A DNA stretch of 64,000 bases from Candidatus Omnitrophota bacterium (GTDB lineage: Bacteria > Omnitrophota > Gorgyraeia > Zapsychrales > Fredricksoniimonadaceae), in the NCBI GenBank assembly GCA_903944345.1, contig CAJARJ010000015.1, forward strand, positions 70,433 to 134,432. Direction: 5' to 3'. The notes under the pieces were generated by a model. The model made no database searches and was not told the origin of the DNA. It saw nothing but the letters and a program-made list of their open reading frames with translations. A program made the translations under genes and the position numbers. Positions 27,678 to 40,500 of this stretch are shown in pieces. The first letter of the stretch is position 1. The number at the start of each line of letters is the position of its first letter.

Positions 27678-30332
27678 TCACGCTCCGCCTTCCTTCTCAA
27701 CAACCGGCAAGACCATGCTCACCATAAAACCTTGCGGCAACAGGTTAATCGCTCCGACAGTCCCATTATTCATTTCCACAAAACGCCTGGCAATAGAAAG
27801 CCCTAACCCAAGCCCGCCTTTTCTGGTCTGGGCCCCCCGGTAAAACTTATCAAAAATTCTGCTCAAAGTTTCCTGGGGAATACCTCCACCCTGATCAACG
27901 ACATTAATCAGAATCTTCTGGTTCAAAACAGAGGCCTTAACATCAACAACTCCTCGCACCGGGCCATGAATCAGTGCGTTGCTGACTATATTCTTGAGTG
28001 CCTGTGTCAACATATAGAAATCTGCCTGAACATACAGCGGAACATCCGGATACTCGATCCTGACCCGGTCTTTGCTGACCCCGACAGCAGCCTGTTTTAC
28101 TGCCTCATTAACAATATCACCAACCTCACACCAGGCGTAGCTCGGACGAAAATTTCCGGTATCAAGTTTCGTCAGGTCCAGAACGGCATCAACACTGTTC
28201 GTTAAGCGCATGCTTGCCAGGCGGCTTTCTTCCAGGAGATCCATAGCATCCTTTGGCCATTCATGATACAAAAGAAGCGCATCCAGATATCCGGCGATAA
28301 TCGTAAGAGGCGTCTTTAATTCGTGCGAAAGATTGTCCAGCAAGGCACTCTGAAGATTTTGCGTATCTTCTTTCATCCTGGCTTCATGCGAGATTCTGAG
28401 CAAGCTGTCTTTCTCTAGCATAAGCGTCATGAGCGCAGTGAAGGACTCCAGAAGTGTGCGTTGCGCCAGATCCAGCCGACTCTCTTGCGAAAGCTCGATG
28501 AGCAATACCGCCCGGACATTCCCTGATGACATTAACGGCAAATACATAAGGGCCTGCTGCGGCAACGTGTCGCTAAACCGCCCGGCGGCCTTCTTGTTGC
28601 CAATCGTCCAATGCACAAGTCCTTTCTGTTCTTCGGTCAGCTCGATCTGGTCCCCCAAAAGTTGATCAAAAACTGGTTCCGCTGCCCCATTGAACATTAC
28701 AACCGCACTCCTCGACTTGCATAAAGCATTGATCTGCTCTGTCCCGAGCCGCATAGCCTGATTCAAATCAGTACTTACGGCCAAAGCCCGGGTCAAGGCA
28801 TACAAGGCTTCGGTGCGAATCCGCTGCCTTTTCTCAATTTCTTTCTGGCGCCGCAGCCTGGATGTCACCAGCCCCATCATCAATGCCGTTGTAAAGAATG
28901 TGACCAGCATAGCGATGTCATAATCTTTATTAATAATAAATGTATATTTGGGAGGGATAAATAAATAATTCCACGCAAGGGCACTTAAAGCGGCCAGAGT
29001 CAAAGCGGCAGACCTTCCCAAAAAAACTCCGCTCAACACCACCGCCAGCAAATAAATTAACCCCAGCGTATGATAACCCGTGAATTGCTCGAAAAAGAGA
29101 GCCGTGATCGTAGCCAGGGTAACCGTCAAAAGACTCAAGCCATATTCATACGGCCTGAATCGAGAATCAAAGTCACGAAGTTTCCCGGATGATACCTTTT
29201 CAGTTGATGACAACCGCACAACGTGTATATCAATCTCGCCGCTCATTTCGACCAGCTTGTCGGTCAAGGAGGCCCCTTCGAACAGGCGATGCCAGGATTT
29301 CTGCGAGGATTTCCCTACAATAATCTGTGTTACGTTCTCTTTATTGGCCACATCGAGAATCTCGCGAGCAAGATCATCGCTCTCTTTACTCATCACTTCC
29401 GCGCCCAGAAGCCTGGCCAATGCGAGATTCTTGAGGACACGATCTTTATCTTCCTCACTGCCGGACGCCGAGTTCTCCACATGAAGGGCAATCCATGACG
29501 CATCCAGCATCCCTGCCCAGCGCCGGGTTATCCGAATAAGAGATTCCGAGAAAGGCGTTGCCCCGACAGCAACCAGAATGCGCTCCCCGCTCTGATGTGG
29601 ACCAACAATTCCTTTGGAAGCCATCAACGAACGCAAATGACGATTCACATGTGCAGCGGTCAGACGCAAAGCCATCTCCCGAAGAGCCGTCAAGTTCTCG
29701 GTCTTAAAGAATCTGTCCGCCGCCGTTGAACGCACCTGATCCGGCAAATAAACTTTCCCTTCAGCCAAACGCTTGCGTAATGCCTGCGGCGAAAGATCTA
29801 CCAGCGTGATCTCGAAAGCCTCATCCAAAATAGTGTCCGGAACGGTCTCCCCGACAGCAATTCCTGTTACAGCACGAATGTCTTCTTTGTGGCTTTCTAC
29901 ATGCTGGACATTAAGCGTTGCAAAAACATCGATGCCGGCAGAAAGCAATTCAAGGACGTCCTGATACCGTTTGGGGTGGCGACTGCCGGGGATATTGGTA
30001 TGAGCCAATTCGTCAACGAGAACCAGCTGCGGTCGAAGCCGTAAAATGCCGTCGGTATCCATTTCCGTAAAGATCTTGTCGCGATAATTAATAACTTTAG
30101 GTGAGACCTTGTTAAGACCCTGAACCAGCGCCTCGGTCTCCGCACGGCCATGAGTATAAACGACCCCGACAAGTACCCGCACACCTTCCGCCTGCCGCGC
30201 TTGAGCCTCCTGAAGCATGGCGTATGTCTTGCCAACGCCGGGGCACATACCAAAGAAAATTCGCAGCTTCCCCCGCTTGTTATCCTCAGCGTTAACATTT
30301 AATAACAGCGCGTCCGGATCTGGTCTTTCCAT
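27678..30332 (-). CDS. kdpD: Sensor kinase KdpD
   Basis: RGKLRIFFGMCPGVGKTYAML, DELAHTN, USP, 4 TM, SHELKTPL. Confidence 0.96.
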   Translation of the reverse strand: MERPDPDALLLNVNAEDNKRGKLRIFFGMCPGVGKTYAMLQEAQARQAEGVRVLVGVVYTHGRAETEALVQGLNKVSPKVINYRDKIFTEMDTDGILRLRPQLVLVDELAHTNIPGSRHPKRYQDVLELLSAGIDVFATLNVQHVESHKEDIRAVTGIAVGETVPDTILDEAFEITLVDLSPQALRKRLAEGKVYLPDQVRSTAADRFFKTENLTALREMALRLTAAHVNRHLRSLMASKGIVGPHQSGERILVAVGATPFSESLIRITRRWAGMLDASWIALHVENSASGSEEDKDRVLKNLALARLLGAEVMSKESDDLAREILDVANKENVTQIIVGKSSQKSWHRLFEGASLTDKLVEMSGEIDIHVVRLSSTEKVSSGKLRDFDSRFRPYEYGLSLLTVTLATITALFFEQFTGYHTLGLIYLLAVVLSGVFLGRSAALTLAALSALAWNYLFIPPKYTFIINKDYDIAMLVTFFTTALMMGLVTSRLRRQKEIEKRQRIRTEALYALTRALAVSTDLNQAMRLGTEQINALCKSRSAVVMFNGAAEPVFDQLLGDQIELTEEQKGLVHWTIGNKKAAGRFSDTLPQQALMYLPLMSSGNVRAVLLIELSQESRLDLAQRTLLESFTALMTLMLEKDSLLRISHEARMKEDTQNLQSALLDNLSHELKTPLTIIAGYLDALLLYHEWPKDAMDLLEESRLASMRLTNSVDAVLDLTKLDTGNFRPSYAWCEVGDIVNEAVKQAAVGVSKDRVRIEYPDVPLYVQADFYMLTQALKNIVSNALIHGPVRGVVDVKASVLNQKILINVVDQGGGIPQETLSRIFDKFYRGAQTRKGGLGLGLSIARRFVEMNNGTVGAINLLPQGFMVSMVLPVVEKEGGA

Positions 30333-30371
30333 GGCTTACATCTTACTTGCTATTGGTTTATAGACCAATTA

Positions 30372-30947
30372 TTAATTCAAACTGTCCAACGCCAGATTTA
30401 CTTTAAGGATATTGATCACCGGCTCCCCTGCTAATCCCAGGAATCGTCCAGATATATTTTGTTGTACAATTTGCCTCACCTTTGCTTCCGGCAGTTTCCT
30501 CAATCTGGCAACACGGGACAACTGATAATATGCCCCGGCTAAGCTCAAATGAGGATCCAGTCCACTTGCAGACGCACTGACCAAGTCAATCGGAATGGCT
30601 GCCTGGTTTTCGGGATCGACTATTTTCAAAGCCGCGATCCTTGCCCTAACAGCAGCGACCAAAGCCGGATTTGATGGCCCCAGATTTGAACCCGATGACG
30701 CTAAGGCATTATACGCCGGACTTGTTGCCGAAGGCCTGCCCCAGAAATATCTGGGATCATCGAAGTTCTGCCCGACAAGAGAGGACCCCACCACACTGCC
30801 GTCTTCCGCATAAAGCAGGCTTCCGTTGGCCTGCTTATAAAAAAATATCTGCGCAACGCCGGTAACGAACAAAGGATAAATGACTCCGGTGATCACGGTT
30901 AACACTATAAAAACCATAAAAGCCGGCCTGATCTGTTCTCGCCACAT
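30372..30947 (-). CDS. kdpC: K+-transporting ATPase C subunit
   Basis: QANGS, YFWGRPS, SGSNLGP, SASGLDPH. Confidence 0.96.
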   Translation of the reverse strand: MWREQIRPAFMVFIVLTVITGVIYPLFVTGVAQIFFYKQANGSLLYAEDGSVVGSSLVGQNFDDPRYFWGRPSATSPAYNALASSGSNLGPSNPALVAAVRARIAALKIVDPENQAAIPIDLVSASASGLDPHLSLAGAYYQLSRVARLRKLPEAKVRQIVQQNISGRFLGLAGEPVINILKVNLALDSLN

Positions 30948-30959
30948 AAATCCCCCTAT

Positions 30960-33035
30960 TTAAGCCAGGTGTAAGACTACAAGAATCATGTCAATCAGTT
31001 TAATACCCACAAACGGGGCAACAAGTCCACCGAGTCCATAAACCAATAGATTGTTTTTCAACAAGCGGCTTGCCGGCATCGGCCGGTATGGCACGCCAAA
31101 CAATGACAACGGAATAAGAAAAACAATAATCAGCGCGTTAAAGATAACCGCCGACAATACCGCGCTTTGCGGTGTTGCCAAGTGCATGATATTAAGCGCC
31201 TTTAAAGCCGGGTAAGTTCCCACAAATGCAGCCGGAATAATCGCAAAATATTTGGAAACATCGTTAGCAATACTAAACGTCGTCAATGATCCTCGCGTCA
31301 TCAATAACTGCTTGCCGATCTCAACAACCTCAATAAGCTTGGTCGGATTGGAATCCAGATCCACCATGTTTCCTGCTTCTTTGGCAGCCTGTGTGCCGGT
31401 ATGCATGGCAACTGCCACATCCGCCTGTGCAAGGGCAGGAGCGTCGTTGGTGCCATCGCCTGTCATGGCCACCAAACGTCCACCGTCCTGCATCTCACGA
31501 ATTAGCCTGAGTTTGGCTTCCGGAGTGGCTTGCGCCAAGAAGTCATCCATTCCGGCCTCCGCCGCAATAGAGGCCGCCGTCAAAGGATTATCACCGGTAA
31601 TCATGACAGTCTTGATGCCCATGCGCCGCAGTTCGGCAAACCGCTCTTTTATGCCACCCTTAACAATGTCTTTCAGCTGAATCACCCCCAGAGTAAGATT
31701 ATTTTCACAAACCGCCAGCGGGGTACCGCCACTTTTTGAAATTGTATCAATCGTTGATTTTAAATCTTCCGGAAAGAGTCCGCCGTGAACCTTGACATAA
31801 TTCTCAATCGCCTCGACAGCGCCTTTTCTGATCTGCCGGCCGCCCCCAAGATCAACCCCACTCATTTTTGTCTGCGCTGTGAACGGAACAAACCTGGCTT
31901 CCATGCCCTGAATCTGTCTTTCCCGAATGCCATATGTCTGCTTTGCGAGAATAACGATGCTACGGCCTTCCGGCGTTTCATCGGATAATGATGAAAGCTG
32001 TGCCGCATCTGCCAGAACCTCAATGTTGATGCCATTTGCCGGGAAAAAAGCCACGGCCTGCCGGTTACCCAGCGTAATAGTGCCTGTCTTGTCAAGAAGA
32101 AGCACATCCACATCCCCCGCAGCCTCGACAGCACGGCCAGATGTGGCGATCACATTCGCCTGAATCATCCGGTCCATTCCTGCAATCCCGATAGCCGGAA
32201 GCAAACCACCTATAGTCGTTGGGATAAGACAAACCAGGAGCGCCACCAACACAGTCACGCTTATCGCCTCGCCATGCCCCGCCGCACCAACACTAAAGAT
32301 TGAAAACGGCAACAGTGTGGCCGTCACCAGAAGAAAAATAATTGTAAACACTACCAAAAGAATAGTGAGCGCAATCTCGTTTGGCGTCTTCTGTCTTTTT
32401 GCACCTTCAACCATTGCGATCATATGATCCAGAAAAGTCTCGCCAGGATTTGCCGTAATGCGCACAACCAGCCAGTCTGAAAGAACCCGTGTACCTCCTG
32501 TAACCGCTGAACGATCCCCGCCGCTTTCCCTGATAACCGGAGCACTCTCTCCTGTGATCGCACTTTCATCAACAGAAGCGATCCCTTCGACAACCTCTCC
32601 ATCCATCGGAATCATGTCCCCGGCCTCAACAAGGACCACATCCTGTTTGCGAAGACTCGTAGCCGAAACAGTTATAAAGCTGGAGCCATAAGACGGCTTT
32701 AATAATTTTCTGGCAGGAGTATCCTTTCTTGTCTTCCTTAAACTGGCAGCTTGCGCTTTTCCGCGACCTTCAGCCATAGCCTCGGAGAAATTTGCGAACA
32801 ACAGGGTGAACCATAGCCAGAGTGTAACTGCCAGAATAAATCCGGCAGCTGTCTCCCCGTGCCCGAACAATGCCTGGAGATACAGCCCTGTTGTCAAAAT
32901 ACTTCCAACGAAAACCACAAACATAACCGGGTTCCTGATCTGATGCCGCGGATCAAGCTTCCTGAATGCGTCAATGATTGCTGGGCATAAAATGGATAAA
33001 TCAAACAACGAATTTATCTTGTTGGTCTTTTTCAT
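30960..33035 (-). CDS. kdpB: K+-transporting ATPase B subunit
   Basis: [20 protein letters not shown]. Confidence 0.97.
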   Translation of the reverse strand: MKKTNKINSLFDLSILCPAIIDAFRKLDPRHQIRNPVMFVVFVGSILTTGLYLQALFGHGETAAGFILAVTLWLWFTLLFANFSEAMAEGRGKAQAASLRKTRKDTPARKLLKPSYGSSFITVSATSLRKQDVVLVEAGDMIPMDGEVVEGIASVDESAITGESAPVIRESGGDRSAVTGGTRVLSDWLVVRITANPGETFLDHMIAMVEGAKRQKTPNEIALTILLVVFTIIFLLVTATLLPFSIFSVGAAGHGEAISVTVLVALLVCLIPTTIGGLLPAIGIAGMDRMIQANVIATSGRAVEAAGDVDVLLLDKTGTITLGNRQAVAFFPANGINIEVLADAAQLSSLSDETPEGRSIVILAKQTYGIRERQIQGMEARFVPFTAQTKMSGVDLGGGRQIRKGAVEAIENYVKVHGGLFPEDLKSTIDTISKSGGTPLAVCENNLTLGVIQLKDIVKGGIKERFAELRRMGIKTVMITGDNPLTAASIAAEAGMDDFLAQATPEAKLRLIREMQDGGRLVAMTGDGTNDAPALAQADVAVAMHTGTQAAKEAGNMVDLDSNPTKLIEVVEIGKQLLMTRGSLTTFSIANDVSKYFAIIPAAFVGTYPALKALNIMHLATPQSAVLSAVIFNALIIVFLIPLSLFGVPYRPMPASRLLKNNLLVYGLGGLVAPFVGIKLIDMILVVLHLA

Positions 33036-33036
33036 A

Positions 33037-34785
33037 TCACTGCGCTCCATTTAACATCAAATGTTCAACAATCGGCCCCAGAGACAGGGCCGGGAAAAAG
33101 GTCAGTGCGCCAACCACCACAACCACGATGGCCAAAAAAAACACAAACAGCGGAGTATGTGTCGGCAACGTCCCTGGACTGACCGGAACGATCTTCTTTG
33201 AAGACAGTGAACCGGCAATAGCCAAAACCGGAACAATCAACCAGAACCGGCCAAAGAACATGGCCAATCCCAATGCAATATTATAAAATGGCGTGTTAGC
33301 AGAAAGCCCTGCAAAAGCACTGCCGTTGTTTCCTGAAGCCGAGGAGAATGCATAAAGGATTTCACTAAAACCATGCGCTCCAGGATTAAGAATGCCCACC
33401 TTGCCCACAGCAACACTTACACTTAATGCCGTCAACATTAAAATAATAAGCGGCGGAATCAAAACAATCAGTGCGGACATCTTCATCTCCTGAGCCTCAA
33501 TCTTCTTGCCCAAATATTCAGGAGTTCTTCCGATCATAAGCCCGGCAATAAAAACCGCCACAATCACAAAAGCGATCAATCCGTAAAGACCCGATCCAAC
33601 TCCGCCAAAAATGACTTCACCCAACTGAATCAACCACATAGGTATCATGCCGCCTAACGGCATATATGAATCATGCATGGAATTAACCGACCCATTTGAC
33701 GCGGCGGCGGTCGCGACTGACCATATCGACGAACTAACGATCCCGAAACGCGCCTCCTTCCCCTCCATGTTTCCCCCAGACTGAAACATGGTCGCGCTTT
33801 GATCAATTCCCAGGCGTGTCAACAATGGATTGCCCCGCTGTTCGATCTGAACAGACCACAAAAGACAGGGAACAAAAATCGTAAGTATAACCGCCAGTAG
33901 CGCCCAACCTTGCCGAAGATCTTTGACCAGATACCCGAAGGTATAACAAAGCGCCGCAGGAATCAGGAGTATGGAAAACATCTGCAGCAAGTTTGATAGC
34001 GGAGTCGGATTCTCATAAGGATGCGCAGAGTTGGCATTAAAGAAACCTCCTCCGTTGGTCCCCAACTGCTTGATAGCAATCTGCGATGCCGCCGGGCCAA
34101 GCGCGATCACTTGTTGAGTCACCGTATTGCCTGTACCGTCTTTAACAGGCTGGACCAGTGTAGCGACAGCGCCTGAATGAAAAGTCTGCGGTACCCCTTG
34201 CGAGACCAGAAGCAAAGCTAGGATCAACGACAAAGGCATCAGGATATAAAGCGTAGTCCGCACAATATCCACCCAGAAATTGCCCAGTGCCCTCGTTTGT
34301 TTCTGAATAAAGCCACGAGCGAGCGCAACAAGTACAGCCATCCCCGTGGCCGCTGATACAAAGTTCTGAACCGTCAGGGCCAGCATTTGAGTCAGATAAC
34401 TCATAGTGCTCTCGCCGCCATATCCCTGCCAGTTCGTATTGCTGACGAAACTCACAGCCGTATTAAATGCCGAGTCTGCGGCTACTGCCGGCAACTCCAT
34501 GGGGTTCAAGGGCAAAGAACCCTGGAAACGCTGAATTATGTAAACAACTACAATCCCCAGAGCATTAAAAAGCATTAAAGCCACCGCGTACTCTTTCCAG
34601 GTCATACCGACATCTGCTCTTACCCCGCAAACCCGATACAGACATCTCTCCAATGAGCCAAGCCAGGTATTAAAGCCAGCCGGTTTCTCCTCATAAATAC
34701 TGGCCATAAACGTCCCCAGTGGCTTGACGGCCAATAACAAAGCGGCGAGATAAAAAGATATTTGTATAAGGTTATTCCAGTTCAT
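33037..34785 (-). CDS. kdpA: K+-transporting ATPase A subunit
   Basis: [35 protein letters not shown]. Confidence 0.97.
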   Translation of the reverse strand: MNWNNLIQISFYLAALLLAVKPLGTFMASIYEEKPAGFNTWLGSLERCLYRVCGVRADVGMTWKEYAVALMLFNALGIVVVYIIQRFQGSLPLNPMELPAVAADSAFNTAVSFVSNTNWQGYGGESTMSYLTQMLALTVQNFVSAATGMAVLVALARGFIQKQTRALGNFWVDIVRTTLYILMPLSLILALLLVSQGVPQTFHSGAVATLVQPVKDGTGNTVTQQVIALGPAASQIAIKQLGTNGGGFFNANSAHPYENPTPLSNLLQMFSILLIPAALCYTFGYLVKDLRQGWALLAVILTIFVPCLLWSVQIEQRGNPLLTRLGIDQSATMFQSGGNMEGKEARFGIVSSSIWSVATAAASNGSVNSMHDSYMPLGGMIPMWLIQLGEVIFGGVGSGLYGLIAFVIVAVFIAGLMIGRTPEYLGKKIEAQEMKMSALIVLIPPLIILMLTALSVSVAVGKVGILNPGAHGFSEILYAFSSASGNNGSAFAGLSANTPFYNIALGLAMFFGRFWLIVPVLAIAGSLSSKKIVPVSPGTLPTHTPLFVFFLAIVVVVVGALTFFPALSLGPIVEHLMLNGAQ

Positions 34786-34874
34786 GAGAACAGCTCCGGT
34801 TTAATCAATGCCAGAAACAGATAAACAAACAGCCCCAAAACCAATACCCCACTAATCCAGTAAATCACCAACAT
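34782..34874 (-). CDS. kdpF: K+-transporting ATPase F subunit
   Basis: [30 protein letters not shown] overlapping kdpA start. Confidence 0.9.
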   Translation of the reverse strand: MLVIYWISGVLVLGLFVYLFLALIKPELFS

Positions 34875-34882
34875 AGGTCGCC

Positions 34883-34963
34883 TCAAGCCTTTCCACAGAG
34901 GTTGATAAAACACATTGTTGCAAACACAAGCAATCCAATTAGCCCGATAACGATCATGTCCAT
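34883..34963 (-). CDS. Small hydrophobic Kdp-associated peptide (26 aa)
   Basis: MDMIVIGLIGLLVFATMCFINLCGKA, RBS GGAGAGG, directly before kdpF. Confidence 0.65.
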   Translation of the reverse strand: MDMIVIGLIGLLVFATMCFINLCGKA

Positions 34964-35063
34964 GTTCCACACCTCTCCAATAACAGCCTCCTGGAAGAAA
35001 ATTGAACCTGTCTCTAAGTGTAGTCTGACGCTGAACTATTTCGAGTTAAAAGGATAACGGAAG

Positions 35064-35082
35064 GTATTAAATAAGTATTAAA
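35064..35082 (-). promoter_or_regulatory. Putative KdpE-binding direct repeat
   Basis: Minus strand TTTAATAC-TTA-TTTAATAC, 11-bp period, upstream of kdp operon. Confidence 0.6.
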
Positions 35083-35235
35083 AACAGGCGGAACTGTACG
35101 CGGGCATTATTAAGCAGAAAATTAAACTCCTGATGGGTTCGAAAGGCTTCGCCGCTGTCATCACATCCATGACACAGCTCAGAATTTGATCCGAAAAGAA
35201 TCCTGCAATATTTCACCTCCTTCGAACCAGCGACA

Positions 35236-35613
35236 CTACCTCGTCTTTTTCAGATGCTTTTGAATACACTGTATCAGATCCTCCAGGCTCACCGGCTTGG
35301 CCAGGCAAGGGTAATCGTTAACACTTGTCTTAGTATTCTCCGACTTACTCTTGCCCACCAACGCCGTGATAAAGACAACCGGAATATCATTTAACAACTT
35401 CTCTTCCTTGAGCTTGCGCACCACCTCGCAGCCATCTATATCCGGCATCATCACATCCATCATGATCAAATCCGGGCAAAAGCTCCTGACAACATCGACA
35501 ATGTTACGCCCCGTATTCTCGACGCGAACTTGATAACTTTCCTCCAGATTAATCCGCACAACGCGAGTAAAAGCCTCCTCATCATCAACAACCAGTATTC
35601 TTTTCTTATCCAT
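35236..35613 (-). CDS. Single-domain response regulator
   Basis: ILVVDDE, DVMMPDIDG, FITA, KP. Confidence 0.92.
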   Translation of the reverse strand: MDKKRILVVDDEEAFTRVVRINLEESYQVRVENTGRNIVDVVRSFCPDLIMMDVMMPDIDGCEVVRKLKEEKLLNDIPVVFITALVGKSKSENTKTSVNDYPCLAKPVSLEDLIQCIQKHLKKTR

Positions 35614-35624
35614 GCGCCCTCCTG

Positions 35625-37382
35625 TTATATCCTAAACCGTAATGTCGCCCGAGCACCTCGCCCATCTGTCCTGTTCTCCAATGCAATCTTTCCTCCGTGC
35701 ATTTCAATAATGTTCTTTGCAAGCGACAACCCCAGCCCTGTTCCACCCATAGTCCGCTTAGTCGTAACAAACGGCACGAACAGATTCTTAGCAACACGCT
35801 GCGGAATCCCTGGCCCGGAATCTTCAATCCAGACCACTACCCAGCACAATTGATCCGCATCTCTTTCTTGGAACGTCCGAATCCTCAGCTCGCCGCCAGA
35901 GGGCATCGCATGAATCGCGTTCATGACCAGATTCAACAAAACCTGCTGGATCTTATTGCTGTCGAGGCTAACCTCCGGCAAGTCGACTCCAAAATTCCGT
36001 TCGACATGCACATGTTTCTCAATAAAGAGTGCCTTGACCAACAGCAGGGATTTGTCAATCAAGGCGTTAATATCCTGTGCGCTTCTATCCAATTCCGAAA
36101 TCAATGAAAAATCTAGCAGCCCTTTGATAATCAGATCCGCACGGCATACCGCGTTGCTAACATCTTCGATCACGCCCGCCATCCGCTCATTATCAGGGCT
36201 AACATGCCTTTTGATATACCCCACACCCATCAAAATAATCGCAAGAGGATTTTTTACTTCATGTGCCACCCCGGCCGCCAATGTCCCCACGACTTCCATC
36301 TTCGCAGACTGAACAAGCAACGATTGTGTCGAACGCAAAGTCTCCAGATTTTTCTCCAGATCTTCGTAAAGCCGCTGCAACTCCGCGTTCTTCTTTCTTT
36401 CGTCCCGGTAAAAAGCAAACGCCGACAAAAACAGAACAAGAATAACCAGGCCGGAGAAAATAATATTATCCCTTACATTCTTATTCAACGGTTCGGCGAT
36501 CGTGGCATAATCGATTACGGTCACGAGCGACAACCTCTTTGTCCCGAAGAAAACCGGCGAAAAAGCCACGATCACTTCCTCTGCCTTGCGCGGACGATCC
36601 TGGATCAATAGCCGGCATCCACCCGAGCCTTCCTCTCCGCGCTTGATCTTTTCCATTACCGCGTCAAACCGGCTTTCGGACATCGACAACTTGTTGTCAC
36701 GGAAAAGAATATCAATATTCTTTCCCAGATACTGCTCATCCGGATAACTCAACAAACACCCTTCCGGATCCAGCAGAAACGAGTAAGTGGCATCCCCATC
36801 ATGGCGACTAAGCAGAGAATGCAGAGTCTCCAGACTCACCACCGCCCGCAATTTTCCAACATACTTCTCCCACCGGAACACCGGTTGATCAAAGATCAAG
36901 ACCTTCTTGCCATCGATGGTGGTGCGCATCCCGCTTTCCCCAACAGTCTGACCGGATGCCATCGGGTGTGCATCGGAGGCAGAAACAAGATCTTTCCCCA
37001 GGTCATCCTTGGAAGGAGCCTTGTAGATCATCACCCCCCGGCTATCAAGAAGGCGCAAAGACGTCGCCAAAGACTTAATGTTCTTGTAGGAATCCTCAAG
37101 AAAGTAAAAACGCTGGTCGGTCGTCTTGCTAAAATTATCCGCGAACGCGTCACGGACAGCAACGTCTTTCGACAAGCGCTCTACTTCCTGGGTAAGGTTC
37201 AAAGCCTGCTGATTCAGAAGGCGGCTTTCCACTCGAACAGTATTCAACAACTGCCGCTGAACCTGGGCCACAATGGTCTTCTCGAAAGTATGGTGATTTC
37301 GTCTGGCAAAATATCCCACGACAATCACCACAGTGAGCATTCCGACATAAGGAAGAATTTTTTTCAGGAAAACGTTATTCAT
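35625..37382 (-). CDS. Sensor histidine kinase with periplasmic Cache-like domain
   Basis: Two TMs flanking periplasmic region, AHEVKNPL, NLVMNA, DSGPG, GTGLGL. Confidence 0.92.
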   Translation of the reverse strand: MNNVFLKKILPYVGMLTVVIVVGYFARRNHHTFEKTIVAQVQRQLLNTVRVESRLLNQQALNLTQEVERLSKDVAVRDAFADNFSKTTDQRFYFLEDSYKNIKSLATSLRLLDSRGVMIYKAPSKDDLGKDLVSASDAHPMASGQTVGESGMRTTIDGKKVLIFDQPVFRWEKYVGKLRAVVSLETLHSLLSRHDGDATYSFLLDPEGCLLSYPDEQYLGKNIDILFRDNKLSMSESRFDAVMEKIKRGEEGSGGCRLLIQDRPRKAEEVIVAFSPVFFGTKRLSLVTVIDYATIAEPLNKNVRDNIIFSGLVILVLFLSAFAFYRDERKKNAELQRLYEDLEKNLETLRSTQSLLVQSAKMEVVGTLAAGVAHEVKNPLAIILMGVGYIKRHVSPDNERMAGVIEDVSNAVCRADLIIKGLLDFSLISELDRSAQDINALIDKSLLLVKALFIEKHVHVERNFGVDLPEVSLDSNKIQQVLLNLVMNAIHAMPSGGELRIRTFQERDADQLCWVVVWIEDSGPGIPQRVAKNLFVPFVTTKRTMGGTGLGLSLAKNIIEMHGGKIALENRTDGRGARATLRFRI

Positions 37383-37513
37383 GTCCTATCGGGCATCTTC
37401 CTGTTCTCAATGTGAAATATTTTTCGCACCTAATACGATTTTCTTTACGTAATTAATCCAGCATTCAGGTTAGTCGACCAGCGTATGAATAAATTACAAC
37501 TTGAAGCATTTAT

Positions 37514-40500
37514 TCACACCGTGCCATCCCGACTCCGAGCCCATTCGAAATCCGATGCCTGATCTTTTAACGAAAGAGAGGATTCTCGGCAGCACACTTC
37601 AATCTGATGATGCCGGCGATCATCAACCAGATGAATGACTTTATTCTCTTGTTTAACACCATCTACTGTCAATGACTCCTGGTTATTGCCGGAGGCCAGA
37701 CGTAAAACTTTTATCTGATAAATCGTCTCCCGATACCGATACTGTATTTTAAATTCTTTCCAGTCTAAAGGAATGCATGGTTCTATCGTTAATTGATCAA
37801 CTTGCAGCCTCAGCCCCAACAAAGATTCCAGTATCAAACGATACATCCAGCCTGCAGACCCGGTATACCACGTCCACCCGCCCCGCCCGATGTGGGGTGA
37901 AACACCATATACGTCAGCCGCAACTACATAAGGCTCAACTTTATAGGTATTAATATCCGCCAAAGATTTTGCGTGATTAACCGGATTGATCATGTCCAGG
38001 ATTTCCCACGCATGCCGGCTATCTCCCAGCCTGGCGAATGCCATGGCCGCCCAGATAGCCGCATGAGTATATTGTCCGCCGTTCTCCCTCACTCCAGGGA
38101 CATAGCCCTTGATATAGCCGGGATTCAGGCTGGATTTGTCAAACGGAGGATCAAGGAGCTGAACAATCCGGCTGTCCCGGCGAATGAGACGCCGACTGAG
38201 CGCCTCCATGGCCAGCTGCACGCGCCGGCCATCGCCTGCTCCGGAAAGAACCGACCAGCTTTGGGCAATGGAATCAATCTGACATTCCGTATTGCTCGCT
38301 GACCCGAGAGGAGCCCCGTCATCAAAATACGCGCGTCTGTACCACTCCCCGTCCCAACCATGCTTTTCTATGTTCTGGCGCAGCTGCATGCTCTGCATTT
38401 GACAAATCCCGGTGAAAGCTGAATCACCTCGCTCCTGTGCGATCCCGATAAACTGAACAAGCACCTCGTAGAGAAAAAAGCCCAGCCAAACACTCTCCCC
38501 TTTTCCTTTCTGGCCAACCAGATTCATCCCGTCGTTCCAGTCGCAGGATCCCATCAAGGGTAATCCGTGTTCCCCGAAAGCCAGGCCCCTGACAATAGCG
38601 CGCCGGCAATGTTCGTACAGACTCACCTTCTCCGGCGACTGGACCGGCAGATCATAATATGCGTCTTCATCCGCATTCACCGGCCTTCCCTGAAGAAGCG
38701 GTGTCAGTTCATCCAGCACTTCTGTATCCCCCGTAGTCAAAACATACCGGCATGTGGCTAATGGCAGCCAAAGATAGTCATCCGAACAATGGCTGCGCAG
38801 CCCCCTTCCCTCTGGTGGATGCCACCAATGCTGAACATCCCCTTCGTAAAACTGATGAGCCGCACATAAAAGCAAATGCTCACGCACAAGGCCCGGCTCG
38901 TTATGGATAAGCGCCATCACATCCTGCAGTTGATCCCGGTAGCCAAATGCTCCCCCGGACTGACAATACCCGCTGCGGGCCCAAAGGCGACAAGCCAGCG
39001 TCTGATAAAGCAGCCATCCGTTAGTCAATATGTTCAATGATTTATCGGGCGTTTCTACCTGCACCGCACCAAGAGTACGGGTCCAATACTCGGACACAGC
39101 TTCTGAAGCTTCCTGGGCACCGGACAAGCCACAGTAACGCTGAATCAACTTGCGAACATGCTCGATTCCTTGCCCCACTCCCAGCGTGAAAACAATCTTT
39201 CGTTCTTCTCCGTCAACCAAATCAAACGGAACCTGGATTGCGGCACAAGGATCCAAAGCCGCCCCCACCTTGCCGGAAAGATGCGCCCGCGACAATGCAG
39301 CCGGCTCTTGAACCGATCCGTTGCGCCCAATGAATTCCGTGCGGTCTCCGCTGATTGTTCTGGACATATCATCCACGCAAAAGAAGGCAATAGTCTCAGA
39401 GAATTCAGTATTGTACAGATTGCGCGCATACAATGCTCCGTTTACATGGTCAACCTCGGTCCTGACATGCATAGCCGTTTTTGAACGCATATCTCCCAAA
39501 ACCCATTCCACATACCCCGTGGCTGAAAGTCGCCGCGGGCGACCGGACATATTATGTATTGTCAAAACAGAAAATTTTACCGATGCATCGACGGCCACAT
39601 AAACACGCAATTCAGAATGAAGACCGCCCTCATTGTGTTCAAATACGCTGTACCCGAATCCGTGCCGGCTGACATAAGGCGCTTTCGAGCGACTCGGCCC
39701 GGGTGATGGCGACCAGAAATGACCGGTTTCTTCATCTCGCAAATATAAAGCTTCTCCTGTTAGATCGTTTACAGGGTCATTATTCCAGGGAGTCAAACGA
39801 AATTCATGGGCGTTTTCACTCCATGTATACGCGCAGCCGTTCTCTGAAACAATAGTCCCGAAATGAGCATTGGCCAGCACATTCACCCATGGCATCGGCG
39901 TCACTTGTCCTGACGAAAGCTTGATCACGTATTCACGGCCTTCCGGAGAAAAACCTCCCAATTGATTAAAGAAAACCAGATCATTGTCAGCGATATTTGC
40001 AGGAAGCGCCGCTTCGCGATGATGTGCTTTAAACGTCGCAAGGCGGGGAACAGGAACTTCGGCTGGATGACGAAGGTTAATTTGACTCGCCAGCGTTCCC
40101 CTGCGATCCGAAATAATGACCCGGGCGACTGACTGCAACAAGATGCGTTCCTCGCTGGATATCTGTTCAGCCGGCCTGACAAATATCTCGCCGGAATTAT
40201 GAGACAATTTACCCTGCCCACTCGCACTGATCAGTCCCATGATCTGCTCTTGCAGTAATTGCTGATAACCAGAAAGGGCTTCATTCCAGATGACCAGGTC
40301 AACCGCCAGGCCTTTTAATCGCCAATACGCATGGGCCTGCACCATCTGGCGGGCAAGTTCGATATGAGCAGGATCTCCTATCTGAAGGATCACAACCGGC
40401 AGGTCACCGGAAATAGCATTCCCCCATAGACCACTCTGCCCGCGGCGATTCTGCACAAGAACGCCAGAATCAGCACGCAACAATGAATGGGCATAAATAA

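Noticed and set aside
34980-35230. c-di-AMP riboswitch upstream of kdp
   Set aside because: Could not see the ydaO consensus; KdpDE and a direct repeat already explain regulation (Rfam scan would settle it)
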